From the NCBI GenBank assembly GCA_964187785.1, contig OZ076409.1, positions 77,688,001-77,752,000 of the forward strand: a stretch of DNA of 64,000 bases, written 5' to 3'. The stretch comes from Amphiscolops sp. MND2022. Its lineage: Eukaryota. The translations under genes and the position numbers were made by a program. Shown piece by piece: positions 49,753 to 62,640 of this stretch. Each line of letters begins with the position of its first letter. Position 1 is the first letter of the stretch. The notes under the pieces are model-generated. The model was not told where the DNA came from and did not search any database. It saw only the letters and a list, made by a program, of their open reading frames with translations.

Positions 49753-51077
49753 CAACAACCAATCAAATTCAAACTTTTATCCAATTTTTTTCAACGTCAT
49801 TTCTCATTCCATGAGTTAGTATTGCGTTGTTTTGTCGCCTAAGAAGGACGAAGATTTCCAAGGCTCACAAAATACAATCATATTCATAAGTTCATAGCAA
49901 CACAAAAGTATTGATATAGCTAGTTCAAACGATACTAGCGTTGTAGATTATACTGTATAGAGCTGAAAGGATTCCAAGGAAATCTACATTCATCAGCTGG
50001 TCAAAGAGCACATAGCAAGCCCAGTTTCGAGCTGACATCAACCCTATCATGTTCAATCCCACAGCAATGCCAATCAGGTCGTGTATTCGTCCAATAGATG
50101 AACTGCTCTCAAATTGTGGACCACCGCACAGAAAAAACGTGCATTTTGCCGACTCAACCACCAATCAAACCTCTCCGACACATCCGAGAGCATGGAGGAT
50201 CAAAAGAAGCAAACCCATTCCTGAGACAACCCCAACAACCCCACTCAATCTAATCTCTTCTCTACGGAGTGAAAATACAAAAAGGAACAAAAAAGCAGTA
50301 ACAGTCAAGTTCTCTTTCATAGAAAGAGCTATACTACCGAATGGACAATTAATGGAGTCCGTGATATGTTTCAATGCACCCAATGAATACTGGAAACCTG
50401 GGGCTCTGGACGACGAGCCGTGTTATATATTGAACTGCCGAACAACAAGATAGAATTTCATGTTACTATTTATCGTTTATTGTTTACATTTTTCAAAATC
50501 GATTGAACTTTTCATCTGATTCTCCGTTTCATATTTTAAAAGCAAGCTATCTTTGAAAGGTAGAAAGAAGAGTGGCCACAAACAAAAACTGGAAAACGGA
50601 TGTTCTGCGCTCACATTTTAAAAGAAATTTTGTTCCCGTTTTCTTGATTTCGGAAAAATGATGTCAGTAATCCGTAATAAGAAACCATTTGAACCAAAAT
50701 TCGACTCAGTGCTTAACATTTCACAATTACACCGAGACCACGCAACTATTCCACACTAGAGGCGAAAAGTTGGCTCCGATGAAATAGGCATATCTGAGAA
50801 AAAAGTGCAAGATATGAGTTCGTAAAACTGTAATGTAAGCTCACAGTTCGTATAAAAGAAAGGTTATCCAATAACGTTTTGTTCGCATAACAAAGGTCCT
50901 TTTCGCTTCTCAAAACGTTTTCATATGAAATCAGGCAACAGTGATACAAAAGGAAGAAACTGCGAAAATAGCAAAGGTTGTTTACTAACATAGACAAACA
51001 AAATAAAGTTTTGAGATGCAAAATATCAAAGGTATTATTTTTGTAGAAAACGGTGTTTTAGTATTTTTATCAAAGGA

Positions 51078-51152
51078 TCCGCCGATTCCGGGAATCGAAC
51101 TCGAGACCTTATGGTTCGAGAGCTAGCACTCTTATGATTAAACTATAGCGCC
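51078..51152 (-). mobile_element. tRNA-derived SINE head / tRNA pseudogene
   Basis: Minus strand GGCGCTATAGTTTAATCATAAGAGTGCT...AAGGTCTCGAGTTCGATTCCC; same family as 47838-47912. Confidence 0.55.
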
Positions 51153-51292
51153 TTAATATCAGTTTATTTTAATTCAATCATATTGTGTACACAACAGAGT
51201 TCCTTTAATTGAAATCTGTGAAGTCCAGTGTTTTCTGTAGTCAAGTTCGACAAGTCGTATCTCTTTCACTATTAAAGCAAGAGCAATCGAGT

Positions 51293-51750
51293 GGGGACTG
51301 TTCAATTCGTCGAACATTCAATTCGTCGAACACGTATTAATTTAGCGAGCATGGTATGACGTAATGGAATGGGCTCTTTTTCCTCCCCCCCACACTTTTT
51401 AAAGGAAACAAACTCAACATAAAGAATTATATATGACTATATCATTCAATATTTCTTCGAACAGGTCTTTTCCTTTGTTTTGTTGTCTCCACACTATTAG
51501 AGTAGTTTTCCGCTTGAACAAAACATTGTTCACACAATTTGACTAATTATGTTCGTATTGAGTGTTTATCGATGACTCAAAACAGGAAGCTGTTGATTTC
51601 TTAATCAAAAATGCGTAACTACATAGGGAAAAAGTGTGAACAAAGTTTGTATCTGAATCCTAAACTATCACCCTGAGAATAAATTTAAAACTGAACTGCT
51701 TCATTGGAAACGCAATTGAGATATAATTGAAAGCAAAAACATCATCTTGA
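51293..51750 (+). mobile_element. Possible Merlin (IS1595-like) DNA transposon 5' fragment; ~120 bp of it recurs inverted at 33173-33293
   Basis: GG-starting end with tandem TTCAATTCGTCGAACA repeats; decayed QEAVDFLIKNA*LHREKV*TK peptide; 51628-51749 is the reverse complement of 33173-33293. Confidence 0.4.
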
Positions 51751-54700
51751 AAAGGGGTCACTGTCCCACTAAGTCTGCATTCCTCAAAACACACAATCCT
51801 TTAGGAATTTTCACTCAGATTCAATTCTCCATTGTTTTCGTTGAAAAACATTTCTCAGGAACCCTGATAACATTGTAATTCTTTTAGAACATATTTCTGA
51901 GAAAACGATACAAAGATAACCAGCACTTGGAACCATACCGTATATATTGCCAGAAAATTCAATTGGCAGACGACGCACTGCGTTATGGCAGAATGTTTTT
52001 GGCTGGTGAAAAACTTGTATTTCGAGATTCGAAAATAAAATATCATTCCATCATCCCAAAAATAAATAGTTTTAGTTTACATTTACATAATAGCCTCTTA
52101 CAATGGGACAAAATGAGGACAGTTGCTCAGAGCCAGCAGTTGATACATCAAGACCCACCAGGGCCTAATAAAAAATGTCCTGAAATATCCTTTATAATAA
52201 TATTTTATATATCATATTTATTTTTCATAATATTGTTACATACCTGGTACCCTTAGTATCTCACTGCGCTTGAGCGTCGTATTTTAAATACTCAATGGGT
52301 TGGAGAAGCATTGGCAAGTCTTTATCAACCGCATTGTAGACAGACGATTCAACCGTTTTTTTTTCTAAAAAGGAACTGTCACTTTCGAACATTTTAGCCT
52401 CGGTAGTGTCCTTAAAATGTTCCGATTATTTTTGAATTTCTGAGGCTGGTGTTCTTATAAACGTATTTTAAAAACTGGGTGAAGACGATTCACTGTAGTG
52501 TATGTTATAATCAATCGATAACAGTATTTTAAAATAGTTCTTTCAACAAAACACATGTAGAATCAAATGAATAATTATGATAAAACGCAAATAGTTGATA
52601 AATAATTTCTACTTGTATTTTAAAACGCAATTCTACTACATTTCCATGATACATGCTACTTTATTTCCACTATATACATAGACTTTTTACCTAATTGACC
52701 CACTATATGAATTAATCATAACAAAAACAACATGTTAGAATGACGCAATATGGACAAAACGAGGTCAATCACCAAAGAAATATATCTTTCTTAGTAGGAC
52801 ATACAAACAATAACAGCGACTTCTCCGTCTCATTCCGAGGATGCGGTTCATACCTGATCAAAAACCTGTTCAAATCATGGTACTTGGTGGAGCATATGGT
52901 GGGGATATGCAGTAGTGATTCTAGAAGCAACATAGCACGCGAAAGAAAGCAAATAAACAAACCTCATTGGACGATCAAGGTCTCACGCGCTCATTTCATT
53001 GGTCGAGAGCAACTTGCAAAACATCAGGATTTAGTTTTTTTGAATTTTTGACCCACTTACAATTTTTTGATTTCAAATCGTTTCCGACTTTGCTGTTCCT
53101 AATTACTTGATTATCTATAGCCGGTTAGGTTACCAAAGTAATTCACTTTGAACTATATCACAACCGAACCTCGAATATTTACTCGCGAGTAATTTTGAGA
53201 CAATTGTGGCTAGGACGCTTTTGGTACTGTGGAATTCCAGTTCTTTCTCAGTCTCTTTGAACTCAGTCTGTTTAGTCTAGTCTGTAACACATAATCTACT
53301 GATGCCTTGCCACAAACTATTTTTGAACTTACAGTGGGTAGTTCCACAAGAGCCTAAAAACCTCGATATTGAGGTAGTTACAATCACAAAAATGTATTGG
53401 ACCTTCAGAGAGAAAGTCATCAGAGTTTGTTTCTTTGGAATTCAATTCAACCGCTTTCATCCGCTACCCGTGAAAAAGACCCCAACCAAATTCAACATAC
53501 ACCTTCACCCACAGTCAAAAAGTTTCAAGGACTTGTACGAAGTGCTGGGCTACCATGCTCTGGACAACAAGGATCCACTACTGGAAGAACTGCTGTGCTT
53601 TATGTCCAGCATCAAGGAGATTTCTTTCGAAAAACTCTTTGACTAGTCTTTGGACAAATCATTCTTTAACATAAAACTCTAATTGCACGCACACATTTTT
53701 TTTTGTTTCCCATTTGTTTCAGCCTATTCATTTACAAAAAATAGTTGTTTGTGTAATTGTTTCAAATATTTCTTCAGTTGATTTTCTGTTTTAGTAGAAA
53801 CTTTTTGAAATAATTGTTATTGATCATTTGAATATTGACATTTAAACATGATTACAAGGTAATGGACCATGTCATCAATTCCCCCCCCCCAACTGTGGCA
53901 GGGGGAAAACAAGACACAAGGTTCAAATATCATTATGTCGACAACGTTTGCGTTGAAATTTTTAGAATTAGTGAATATTCTGCTTCGTGACCAGGGAATA
54001 CGCACTAAATAATTAACGACAAAATAACTGCAATGTTTTTTCAAAATAAATTATTCCTTGACGTATATATTATTTTAAATTAATTTTCAAGAGTTAGCTA
54101 TAAAAATAATTGTCAAACTTCTAAATTATTTAATATTATTATTTCTGTGGAGTAATGCGTAAACAGGCGTTGAAAACCGCATATACAAACCTCATTAATC
54201 TGCATTAAAAAATACTTGTTTTCTTATGTTAATAGGTCCCTTCGGAATAGTCAAACTGTTCAAAGTTTGCTGATTCCTGATGATAATTAACATTCTGAAT
54301 ATTGCGTTTTGACAAAAATTATTGCAATTAATAATTTTTCAAAACAAAAAATTGTAATAATTTATTCAGCAGGCTAAAAAATAATAGGTTATTGCTGCGT
54401 AAAAGCAATAGTATTGCAATATTTCATTGCCTATCCCTGTTCGTGACACCCTACCACATGGTCCAAGGTAATTTAAGTTTTGAAATCAAAATATGTTCTT
54501 TTCTGTTACTTCCCCCATAGTAAGCGCAAAAATTTTAATTCAAGTTTTAAAGAGATGCGGTTACTAGATGTATACCTACCTCATGAACCTCGATTACCTA
54601 TGAAACTGGTCCCTATTCGAACGCAGCAGCAAAACAGCATTTTGTGGTAGTTATAATCAGATCCAGGAAAGAAATTATAAAGAAACGCAATGTGGTTGAG

Positions 54701-57149
54701 CATAAAAAGGTGTTATATTGACCCCGAAAAGCACGCATACTTTGATTCTCAAGCTAGCTTGTTGCATAGCTGGAGAATTGAAGTTCATTGAACGACGGAA
54801 AGAAACGCAATACGATTGAGCATACGTGCAACGGGTCTCCCAAGTTGCCTTTGTTTATTTAATTTACATGTACATGTTGCTCCTGAAACTATAGCGTACT
54901 TGTACAAGGTAATACATTCCTGTGCTAAAAGAATGGAACCACAAATTGGTAATAATATTTGGAACACCTAATTTTTCTGCCCATATCTTTGAAACTATTG
55001 ATATTCAAGAAAAATGTCTCAAATAAAAGTTTCTCAAAATCTAACCTAGTTTCTATTTGTTTTTTTTTTAAACTTCTATGACAAATATTGGGGGAAATTA
55101 GCTCTCAATACCTCTCTATGTAAAAGTTGGTTTGTCAACCAAGTTTTGAAACTTTTCTGTTTATTCCCTCCCAGTTAAGCGGTCAAAAGAAATTTTGATT
55201 GAATTAATAGTAACAAACAATCCAATTGCAGTATTTTAAAACTCTAACTGCAACTGAAACTCATCGCTGATAGTGGTGGGGATTTAAAATTTCCGTGCTT
55301 ACTAAGCGGGGGGGATTAACAAAAAAGATCCGAAGTTTGGTGTTCCCCCCCCACAACACGAAAGCACTTTTTGTTCTCTAATAAAACAATTTCACTAATA
55401 AGACAATAATATCGATGATCAATAAAAACGGCACGAACGAAGCTAAATAGTCGCTCAGGCAGGTTGGATGTTGACTTAATCCTCGACCTAAAATGAATAA
55501 TTTTTTTGTATTTATTGAAAATTATTTATCAATAAACTATTTATTTTGCACCCCTGGGTACAGTTAATTCTAAAATATCGCAACTCCTTTGCTTAAAATT
55601 TCTTAGAATTTTATCTAGTTTACAAAAATGTTTTGGAATTTAAAAAGAGTATTTCATTTCAAAAAAGAACTAATTCCGTTTCTATCTTATACAAAAATCT
55701 CCCAAAAGCTATTCAAGTGAAAGTTTCTCAATTTTTCCATAAAAGTTGAGGCGTTGAGGCAACTAGCGTTGGTGGGACATAGACACCTTTTTACTAGGCT
55801 TTGGTGGGACATGCATTAGGTGGGACATAAAAGGTTCGCCATATGAATGAGTTAAAGTAAACAAATGATAAAAAATAAAAGCCGAATGGTTAGAGCAATA
55901 GATTCGATGTCTGATGAAGAAGCTGGAAGTATCTATCGATGTCTCGAATTCTATTTCTGTAGCTTGTTAACCCTAACTGGACCAAGAAAATTCCGGATCC
56001 ACCCAAATCTCTGGTGCTAAAATATTGAGGCCTTTTTAAAATGATCTAGAACAAAATACTTTTCAGTTTTGCGGAAGGTATAATACTCGGTCACTTGGAT
56101 TTTTACGTAAACTCTAATATGCTACGGCAACTTAATTTCAATTCGTTTAATCATATTTTGTCTATCACTGTAGTTCAAATGTGATAGTATCACAAATATT
56201 CCTCAAGTTGAACAAAGCAGACTTAGTGGGACATAGACCGCCTTTTTACAAAGCCTTGGTGGGATGGCCACTTTTTTTGAAAAAAATAAAGGGCCATTGC
56301 TTAAAGAGGTGACCCTTCTAGATTCCAGTATGAATTTTATATGTAAGAATAAGACGCTTTTCGTAAAATACAAGCCGGGTCCGGCCTAAGTCGGCGCCAA
56401 AAAAGGCGCACAGTGCCGAAAAAAACCCTAAGGGCGGACACTTTGGTCACCCCTCTACTTCTGGAAGCATAAGAAAACTTTGTGGTTTAGTGCCAGAGAT
56501 CGACAAACCTTTGCAAAACCATGGGACCCGAATAATCGAGTACGCAATGACAGCCCTGATAATTCGAGCATTGTTTCGATCAATTTGTTTTGGATATTTC
56601 CGTCATTTTCTCCCAAAGCTATTGTCTATCAAGTTGCAACTGTTAAACGAACGTAAAAACTTATAGGGTTGTCTTTACAGCTCTTTTGACAATACCAGCA
56701 AACAAGGCTACTAAATTTATCGCTATGTACCAAGTTTTATCAGTTAAAGACAGGGATTGGAAAATATCAATCGCAATTTAATTGATATTCAAAAATGGCA
56801 CAAAAAATTAATTGCAATTTTTGAAGAACTCCAATTATTTGGCAATTAATTTCAACGAAAAACTCATTTAAAATTTCATTCATAACATCACAATCAAAAA
56901 TGATGTTCTGAACAAGCTTTTTACGAAATTTGCAACAAACTAGCGCCTGGAATTACGTTAATTTTTGCAAGTATGCACTCAATTCATTTAGCTATTCAAG
57001 CTATGCATGTTTGGCTATACAAATATGCCCGAGAAATAGGCTTAGAGAATTGCAATGAATTGGTTTTCATTGCCTACTTTCCAATCAATTCTTTGACGTC
57101 TTAAAGTTACCCAATAAAATTATTTTCATTGAAAAATTGCAATTTATTG

Positions 57150-57675
57150 TTCATCAATCAAAATTTTCCAACTCCTGGTTAAAGATTCTGTTCAAACTCT
57201 TTTTATACATATGGTTGGAACACTGTAGCAAAACTGATAGACGGAACCAGGTCCTTCCTCTGACAAAAGTTTTAGAGTTGTTTTTGCATTCTTTGGCAAA
57301 CGTAAAACTGATTCTACATTTTGTGTTTGACGTTTTTTGGTTGTACAACTCGTACCTTTGAAATATCGGGGTACTCGCTTCAGGTTGACAACGGCATTAT
57401 CTGCCAAACATCGATGTCGATCAAACTTTCTCAGAGACAAAGTTTTTAAATTTGGCTCACAAAGGGGACAAAATGCTCTTCGTGAACGAAGTGAATAACC
57501 AGCATTGTATTCATTCCACAAATTGATGCATCGGTCCGCTAAAGAATGCCACTTTTTTATATCTGCAAGCTGTTTAGATTGTTGCTCTTTTTTTTTCGGG
57601 TGTAACTTGCGCTTGCTCTTTCAAGAGAATTCCACAAGATCCCAAGAACTCGAGTTTTTTGTTTTCGGGGTTCAT
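57150..57675 (-). pseudogene. Frameshifted coding remnant with a CxxC..H.C zinc-binding-like motif
   Basis: Overlapping ORFs 57192..57521 (FCPLCEPN..FDRHRC) and 57154..57348; product unknown. Confidence 0.3.
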
Positions 57676-57853
57676 TCCCAACTTATGAAATAAGTAATTG
57701 GACTTTTTGGAGGGAAAATGAATTTTTTCTCAAACAACCTGAGACTTACTAACCGGTTTTAATCTCGAATACCCAAATAATGATAAACACCAGCTCCCCC
57801 AGAGAGATGACAAAAAAATTCGGACATAGCGCCTTACTACGGATTTTACGAGG

Positions 57854-58309
57854 CAGTGATGTCCATTTATATTAATATAAATGATTTTCTTATAGTTTTA
57901 ATTACGAAAAAATTATTACGATCATTTTTATTATCATGGCATTAAACATAAGTGCCAAAAAGAGATAGCATATCCTTTAAGGTACTCATTTTGAGCTGTT
58001 TTTTTTCGTCGAACGAACATTGAAGACGCTTCGAAAAATTGCTGGTGATGATAGGATACACAGTAATTTTCTTGCCACTTCACTAAGCCTGGGAAGCTTA
58101 ATAATTTTCAGCTTGAAAAACTCAAACGCCCTCATGGTATTGTACAAACACGCCTCAAATTTGAAGAGAGTACCATATAATTTTATTGACATTCGAATTG
58201 ACGCATATTTTTAATTCCCAATAATTTAACTTATTGCAGTTATGGCGATTTTAAATTGAATTACTAATTGAAACTCCATTTGTATTATGAAAAACAATGG
58301 ACATCACTG
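57854..58309 (-). mobile_element. Internally deleted hAT element retaining the C-terminal dimerisation-domain remnant
   Basis: TIR CAGTGATGTCCATT / AATGGACATCACTG; 8-bp TSD TTACGAGG / TTATGAGG; ORF 57986..58192 AFEFFK...LPRLSEVARKLLCILSSPA..RSVF. Confidence 0.88.
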
Positions 58310-58829
58310 TTATGAGGGGACTTCAATGAAGTCGGAGGTGTCCTTTAGTCTCGTCTGGTTTTGTATGTTACGTTCAGAAACTCAAAAATGAAAACTGGTT
58401 TATTAACGCTTATTAAAACCAAGGATTACTTGCACGAAAGATAGCAAAAACTGCAAATGAATACAGACAACAAATGACGTTTGTCAAATGCATATGGAAA
58501 CATACAGAACCTAAAGGAGACCGGCAGCATTCATTTATACATTTGTAACTCCAAGGCCCACCTAGTAAAAAGTGGGTGTCTATGTCCCACCAACTATTGT
58601 TTTGTACACGCTCGCTTTTGTATAATTTCTGCATTTAAACAAACTAATTTACTTTTTTTAAAAAAATTAAAACGTCAGCTGCACCTACCGACTCGGCGTC
58701 ACGTGCGCAGGAGTGACATGTATCTTTAGCTGTGGATTCCCAAAGAACTTAAGAACAAATAAAAACTAAATTAGTTTCAAATAGTTTTCATCCTCAACTT
58801 GTTGCTTATCTGAAAAATTGAACGACGGT

Positions 58830-58964
58830 GGGAAGCAGGAATAACGTCCAATGAATAACGCCTAAAGCCAAGTCATGCTCGTTCCCAATCTTAATACATT
58901 GAATTTAGACGTTATTCCCGGAACAATTTTTAGACGTCATTCCTTTAGACGTTATTCGCGCCCC
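58830..58964. mobile_element. Mutator-like MITE
   Basis: Imperfect TIRs with GAATAACGTCTAAA repeats (related to 41815-41930); degenerate 11-bp TSD TGAACGACGGT / TAAACCACGGT; empty-site paralogues near 54788 and 63621. Confidence 0.65.
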
Positions 58965-59100
58965 TAAACCACGGTAAAGAAACGCAATGTGATGGGCATG
59001 CTATTGTGATTAGCGTACATGTAGTTCAAACGAGTAGCGTTCTATAATTCTTATCACATTGCTGTAATTCTTGTTCGTATGGATGTTGAAATCTAATCTC

Positions 59101-59306
59101 GGATCTTTTCTGTTAATCCCCCCACCCACCAATTTCATCCCCTCAGTTAAGCTGTCAAGTGAAATTATCATTGAATTAATAGTAACAACCAATCAAATTG
59201 CAGTATTTCATAACTCTAACTGCAACTGAAGCTCATCGCTGATAGTGATGGGGAAATAAAATTTCCGAACTTACTGTGGGGAGAGGGGAATTAACAGAAA
59301 AGATCC
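59101..59306. mobile_element. MITE with GG-ended TIRs and 8-bp TSD CTAATCTC (Merlin-like)
   Basis: GGATCTTTTCTGTTAAT / ATTAACAGAAAAGATCC; TSD 59093-59100 and 59307-59314; related copies at ~55150-55331, ~42470-42729 and 43744. Confidence 0.85.
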
Positions 59307-59549
59307 CTAATCTCAGTCACATAACGATATATTTTTCTACATATTTTTCTACATATTTTTCTACCATATATTTTCTACATAGTAGATCTATAGATGTCCC
59401 ACCTTTTATGTCCCACCAAATGCTTGTCCCACCAAGGCATAGTATATACACGTTTATTGCGGGCTAATCTGGTTTTGTGTAAAGCACCTTTAATTCGGTA
59501 AGTCACAGTTCAGAAAAGTAAAAATGACGTTCTCCACAAAGAATTTCAA

Positions 59550-60330
59550 CGCCCAGTTGGTTGAACGTTGTGTTTGTTCCCAGGATGAGTTTCAGAGCCG
59601 TATGCTGTAGTTTGTTGAGAGCCTGCAGTTGTTTCCATGCCCTTATTGGGGCTGCGTAAAGCATTTGTGGAAGTAGTAATGTTTTGTAGAGCTTTATGAG
59701 CGTCGCGTGCTTCAGTCCTCAGTTCGAGCCGCAGTATCTTTTTAGCACATTCATCTGTTTTGAATCTTTGCCTTCCATTTCTTGGAGAAGATCGAAAAAG
59801 TTTCCTACAACAGACTTCCAGTTGATTCAGGATGAATTGGCAGTTGAGAGCAAGTTGAGGTTCAGTATCTGCTATCACGAGCAGGTTTCCATAATCTGCG
59901 AATTTGAACTTCTGAGCCCATTGAACATGTCACAGACAAAAAAATGAACAGAATAGTGGAAATCACACTTCTTTGCGGTAGTTCAATCTTCGTACCGAAG
60001 CAGTCGGTGTTCTCGTTTCCAATTTTATGCTCAGGTGTCGGTTTTTGAGAATGTCTGCGATCAGTTTCAGGAGTTTATCTTTGACTCCCGACTGGTGGAG
60101 CTTTTTCAGAAGCCCGTTTATCCAGACTGAGTCGAAGGCCTTCTCGAATTCAATGGAGATCACAGCTCCTTTTTGTTTGTTTTTTGACTTCTTGGCAGCA
60201 TAATTTCAGTCGGTACAATAACCTGACAGTGATCCGATGTGATTGGAAGTCTTCTTGCTGGGCGTGTATTGCTTTAGTTATTCTGAAAAGCAGCGTACCA
60301 GGTAATCTGGCATCAAGTAATCTTTCAACA
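59550..60330 (-). pseudogene. Non-LTR retrotransposon (LINE) reverse-transcriptase fragment
   Basis: ISIEFEKAFDSVWINGLLKKLHQSGV..KLLKLIADILKNR, PQ(R)S..S.ILF, KFADY (FADD-like). Confidence 0.85.
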
Positions 60331-62489
60331 TTTTTTCTGCAATAGTTAAAGGTGATTCCAGAAATCTTCAAAACTCCAAAGAAATTGTTTCGTCTCACAG
60401 AAATGAAGAAACTCGTTGGGAACAATGAAAAACAACAACAAGAGCCCAACAATGGGTCAAAAAAAGTGGGCCCACGTCAGTGAACATCAGAAAACAACGA
60501 ACAAAAAACATCTTAATTTGATTAAGAAAACTGTTTTTCCGTCAACTCCGGTTGAAAGTTCAATCTTAAATCAATGCTGTTAACATTCAACAAAAATTGT
60601 TAATAAACCCATTTCATGTTCAATTCGTCCCTTCCTGATTTATTTTCAAAAAACTTTGTTGGAGTAGTCATACTGTGCCAGGAGGTGAAGGAAGAGGACA
60701 TATTGCTCTCAACACTGCTGCATTATTTCCACCGTGGAGGCGACTGAAAACATCAACAATCACAGTGGTATCTATTCCATGAACCATGTCGGTGGCTCCT
60801 ACCGCGGTTCGAACCACCATTTCACTATGCAGCTAGTGTGAGAGCAATCTTTCGCGCAACCGACTACTCCAACAAGACCTTGAATTGTCTGCTCGTGTTG
60901 CAGCTCATATAGCAATTTCATTGCGAAGTAATAAATATATACGAACGCAGCAACCAACAGCATTTTCTGGTAGTTCTAATCAGACTGCGCAATTCCATTT
61001 ATATTTGGTGGGACATAGATCCCTTTTTCCTAGGCCTTGGTGGGACGGGCAATAGGTGGGACATAAAAGGTGGGACCTTCTATGAGACAGTGAAAAATGA
61101 CTGAAATTGGCCAAAGAACTATTGGAGCCAAATTTCCACCGAGTGCTGAACACTCCACAATTACACAAGCCTAAAACACATGGTTTCACAGCTATTTCGG
61201 CACTTCTAGCAAAAAAAGGACCCTGGGCATAATGGTATATGAACCATGTCTTATTTTCCCCTGCGGTCGCTCGGGGGGGCATTTTGCGCAATTATTGACG
61301 AAATACAATTACCTTTGAAAAAGACGGCTTGGTACAAGCCTTTTATGGTTAAGTAATTAGAAACAAACACTTTAATATAGCTTTATTCTGACATCAAAGC
61401 AGTATTTCAACCAATAAAGATTAACTAAAAACTTTGGTTTTTAATTACATTTCTTTCATTGTTGCCAAACAAACTCAAACGATTCAGTCTCTATTCTTTC
61501 TCTTTTGTCATCATTCAGTCTCTCCACTCTCTCCTTCTGTACTCATCCTGCCATCTCTCAGTCTCTTTCATTCAGTCTTCTGTTCTCTTTCTGCCATCAC
61601 TCAGTCTCTCTTACCAAGTCATCTGTACTCGGTCTCTCCACAAACCCTCTTCTGCACTCAGTCTCTCTCAACAAGTCATACATCTGTACTCATTTTGGCT
61701 TCTCGCTTCAATGGATAACTTCATCTCACAAAATGGCGAAAACGCAGTTAATAAATTCTATGGAAAGTCATACTCCACGCAAAGTTGGGTTTTGCTACTA
61801 CTGCCAAGTGTTTCACCCCAACGGGAAAACGAAGTACGAAGTTACACAAAAAAAACACATACGATGAAAAGATCATTTTCGATGACATCTGGAGACCGAA
61901 CAATAATCTTCATGTTAAGCCTTTTAGGGCTCAGCTCTAAACACAACAAGTAACCCTGAAATCAAACCCCAGTACAACAAAAATCCAAGGAAGAAATTAT
62001 AAGCCCTCTCGAGCCACTCTTTCACTACTGCTTCAACAAAAGAAACATTGTTTTGTTGATTTGTTCTTTTCATATATATTTTTGTATTTAGATGATCAAT
62101 TAATTTTATTCACATACAGTCAGTTTTTGTACAAAGCTCTAAAATGTTTGAGTTAACGTAGAGGAAGAAACGCGATGTGACTGAGATCAGATGTATATTG
62201 TTTCACTGCAGTAGCGTTCTAAAACCACGCAACTCCATTTCCTAAAGTTGAAAATTTTAAGTCCAAATTTCTTGGAAAGGGCCACAAAAACAAAAAAAAT
62301 TTCAGCTGGGAAAGTTTCTTAGCAATTTATGTAGCGACCGTGTCATCAATCCACCCCCCCCCCCCAAACTGCGGCGGGGGGGGCGGGGGGGGCTAAGACA
62401 CTAGGTTCAAATACCATTATGTTGACATCGTTTGCGTTAAAATCACATTTTCAGATTCACAGGTATCATTAAATCTCTATAGAATTTCT

Positions 62490-62640
62490 AGTAATTTCAT
62501 TGAAATAGCAACGCAATGTGATTTCGAGTAACTTCGGTGAAATAGCAACTCGATGTGATTTCGAGCAACTTCGGTGAAATAGCAACGCGATGTGATTTCG
62601 AGTAACTTCATTGAAATAGCAACGCGATGTGATTTCGAGT
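62490..62640 (+). repeat. 37-bp minisatellite (4 units), same family as 43905-44750
   Basis: gaaatagcaac at 62502, 62539, 62576, 62613. Confidence 0.92.

Noticed and set aside
47838..51152. Functional tRNA genes at 47838-47912 and 51078-51152
   Set aside because: A/B boxes present but acceptor and anticodon stems do not pair; treated as SINE heads or pseudogenes.
33173..51749. Inverted 120-bp pair as terminal inverted repeats of an 18-kb element
   Set aside because: One copy lies inside a YR-gene intron and the other within a probable Merlin-like fragment; no TSD; better explained as dispersed repeat copies.
31428..61076. GGTGGGAC boxes as Su(H)/CSL (GTGGGAA) enhancer sites
   Set aside because: The last base is consistently C, and the boxes sit in a repeated module with shared spacers rather than in independent enhancers.
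61470..61690. Overlapping Ser/Leu-rich ORFs
   Set aside because: Low-complexity CT-rich (TCAGTCTCT) repeat generating stop-poor frames.
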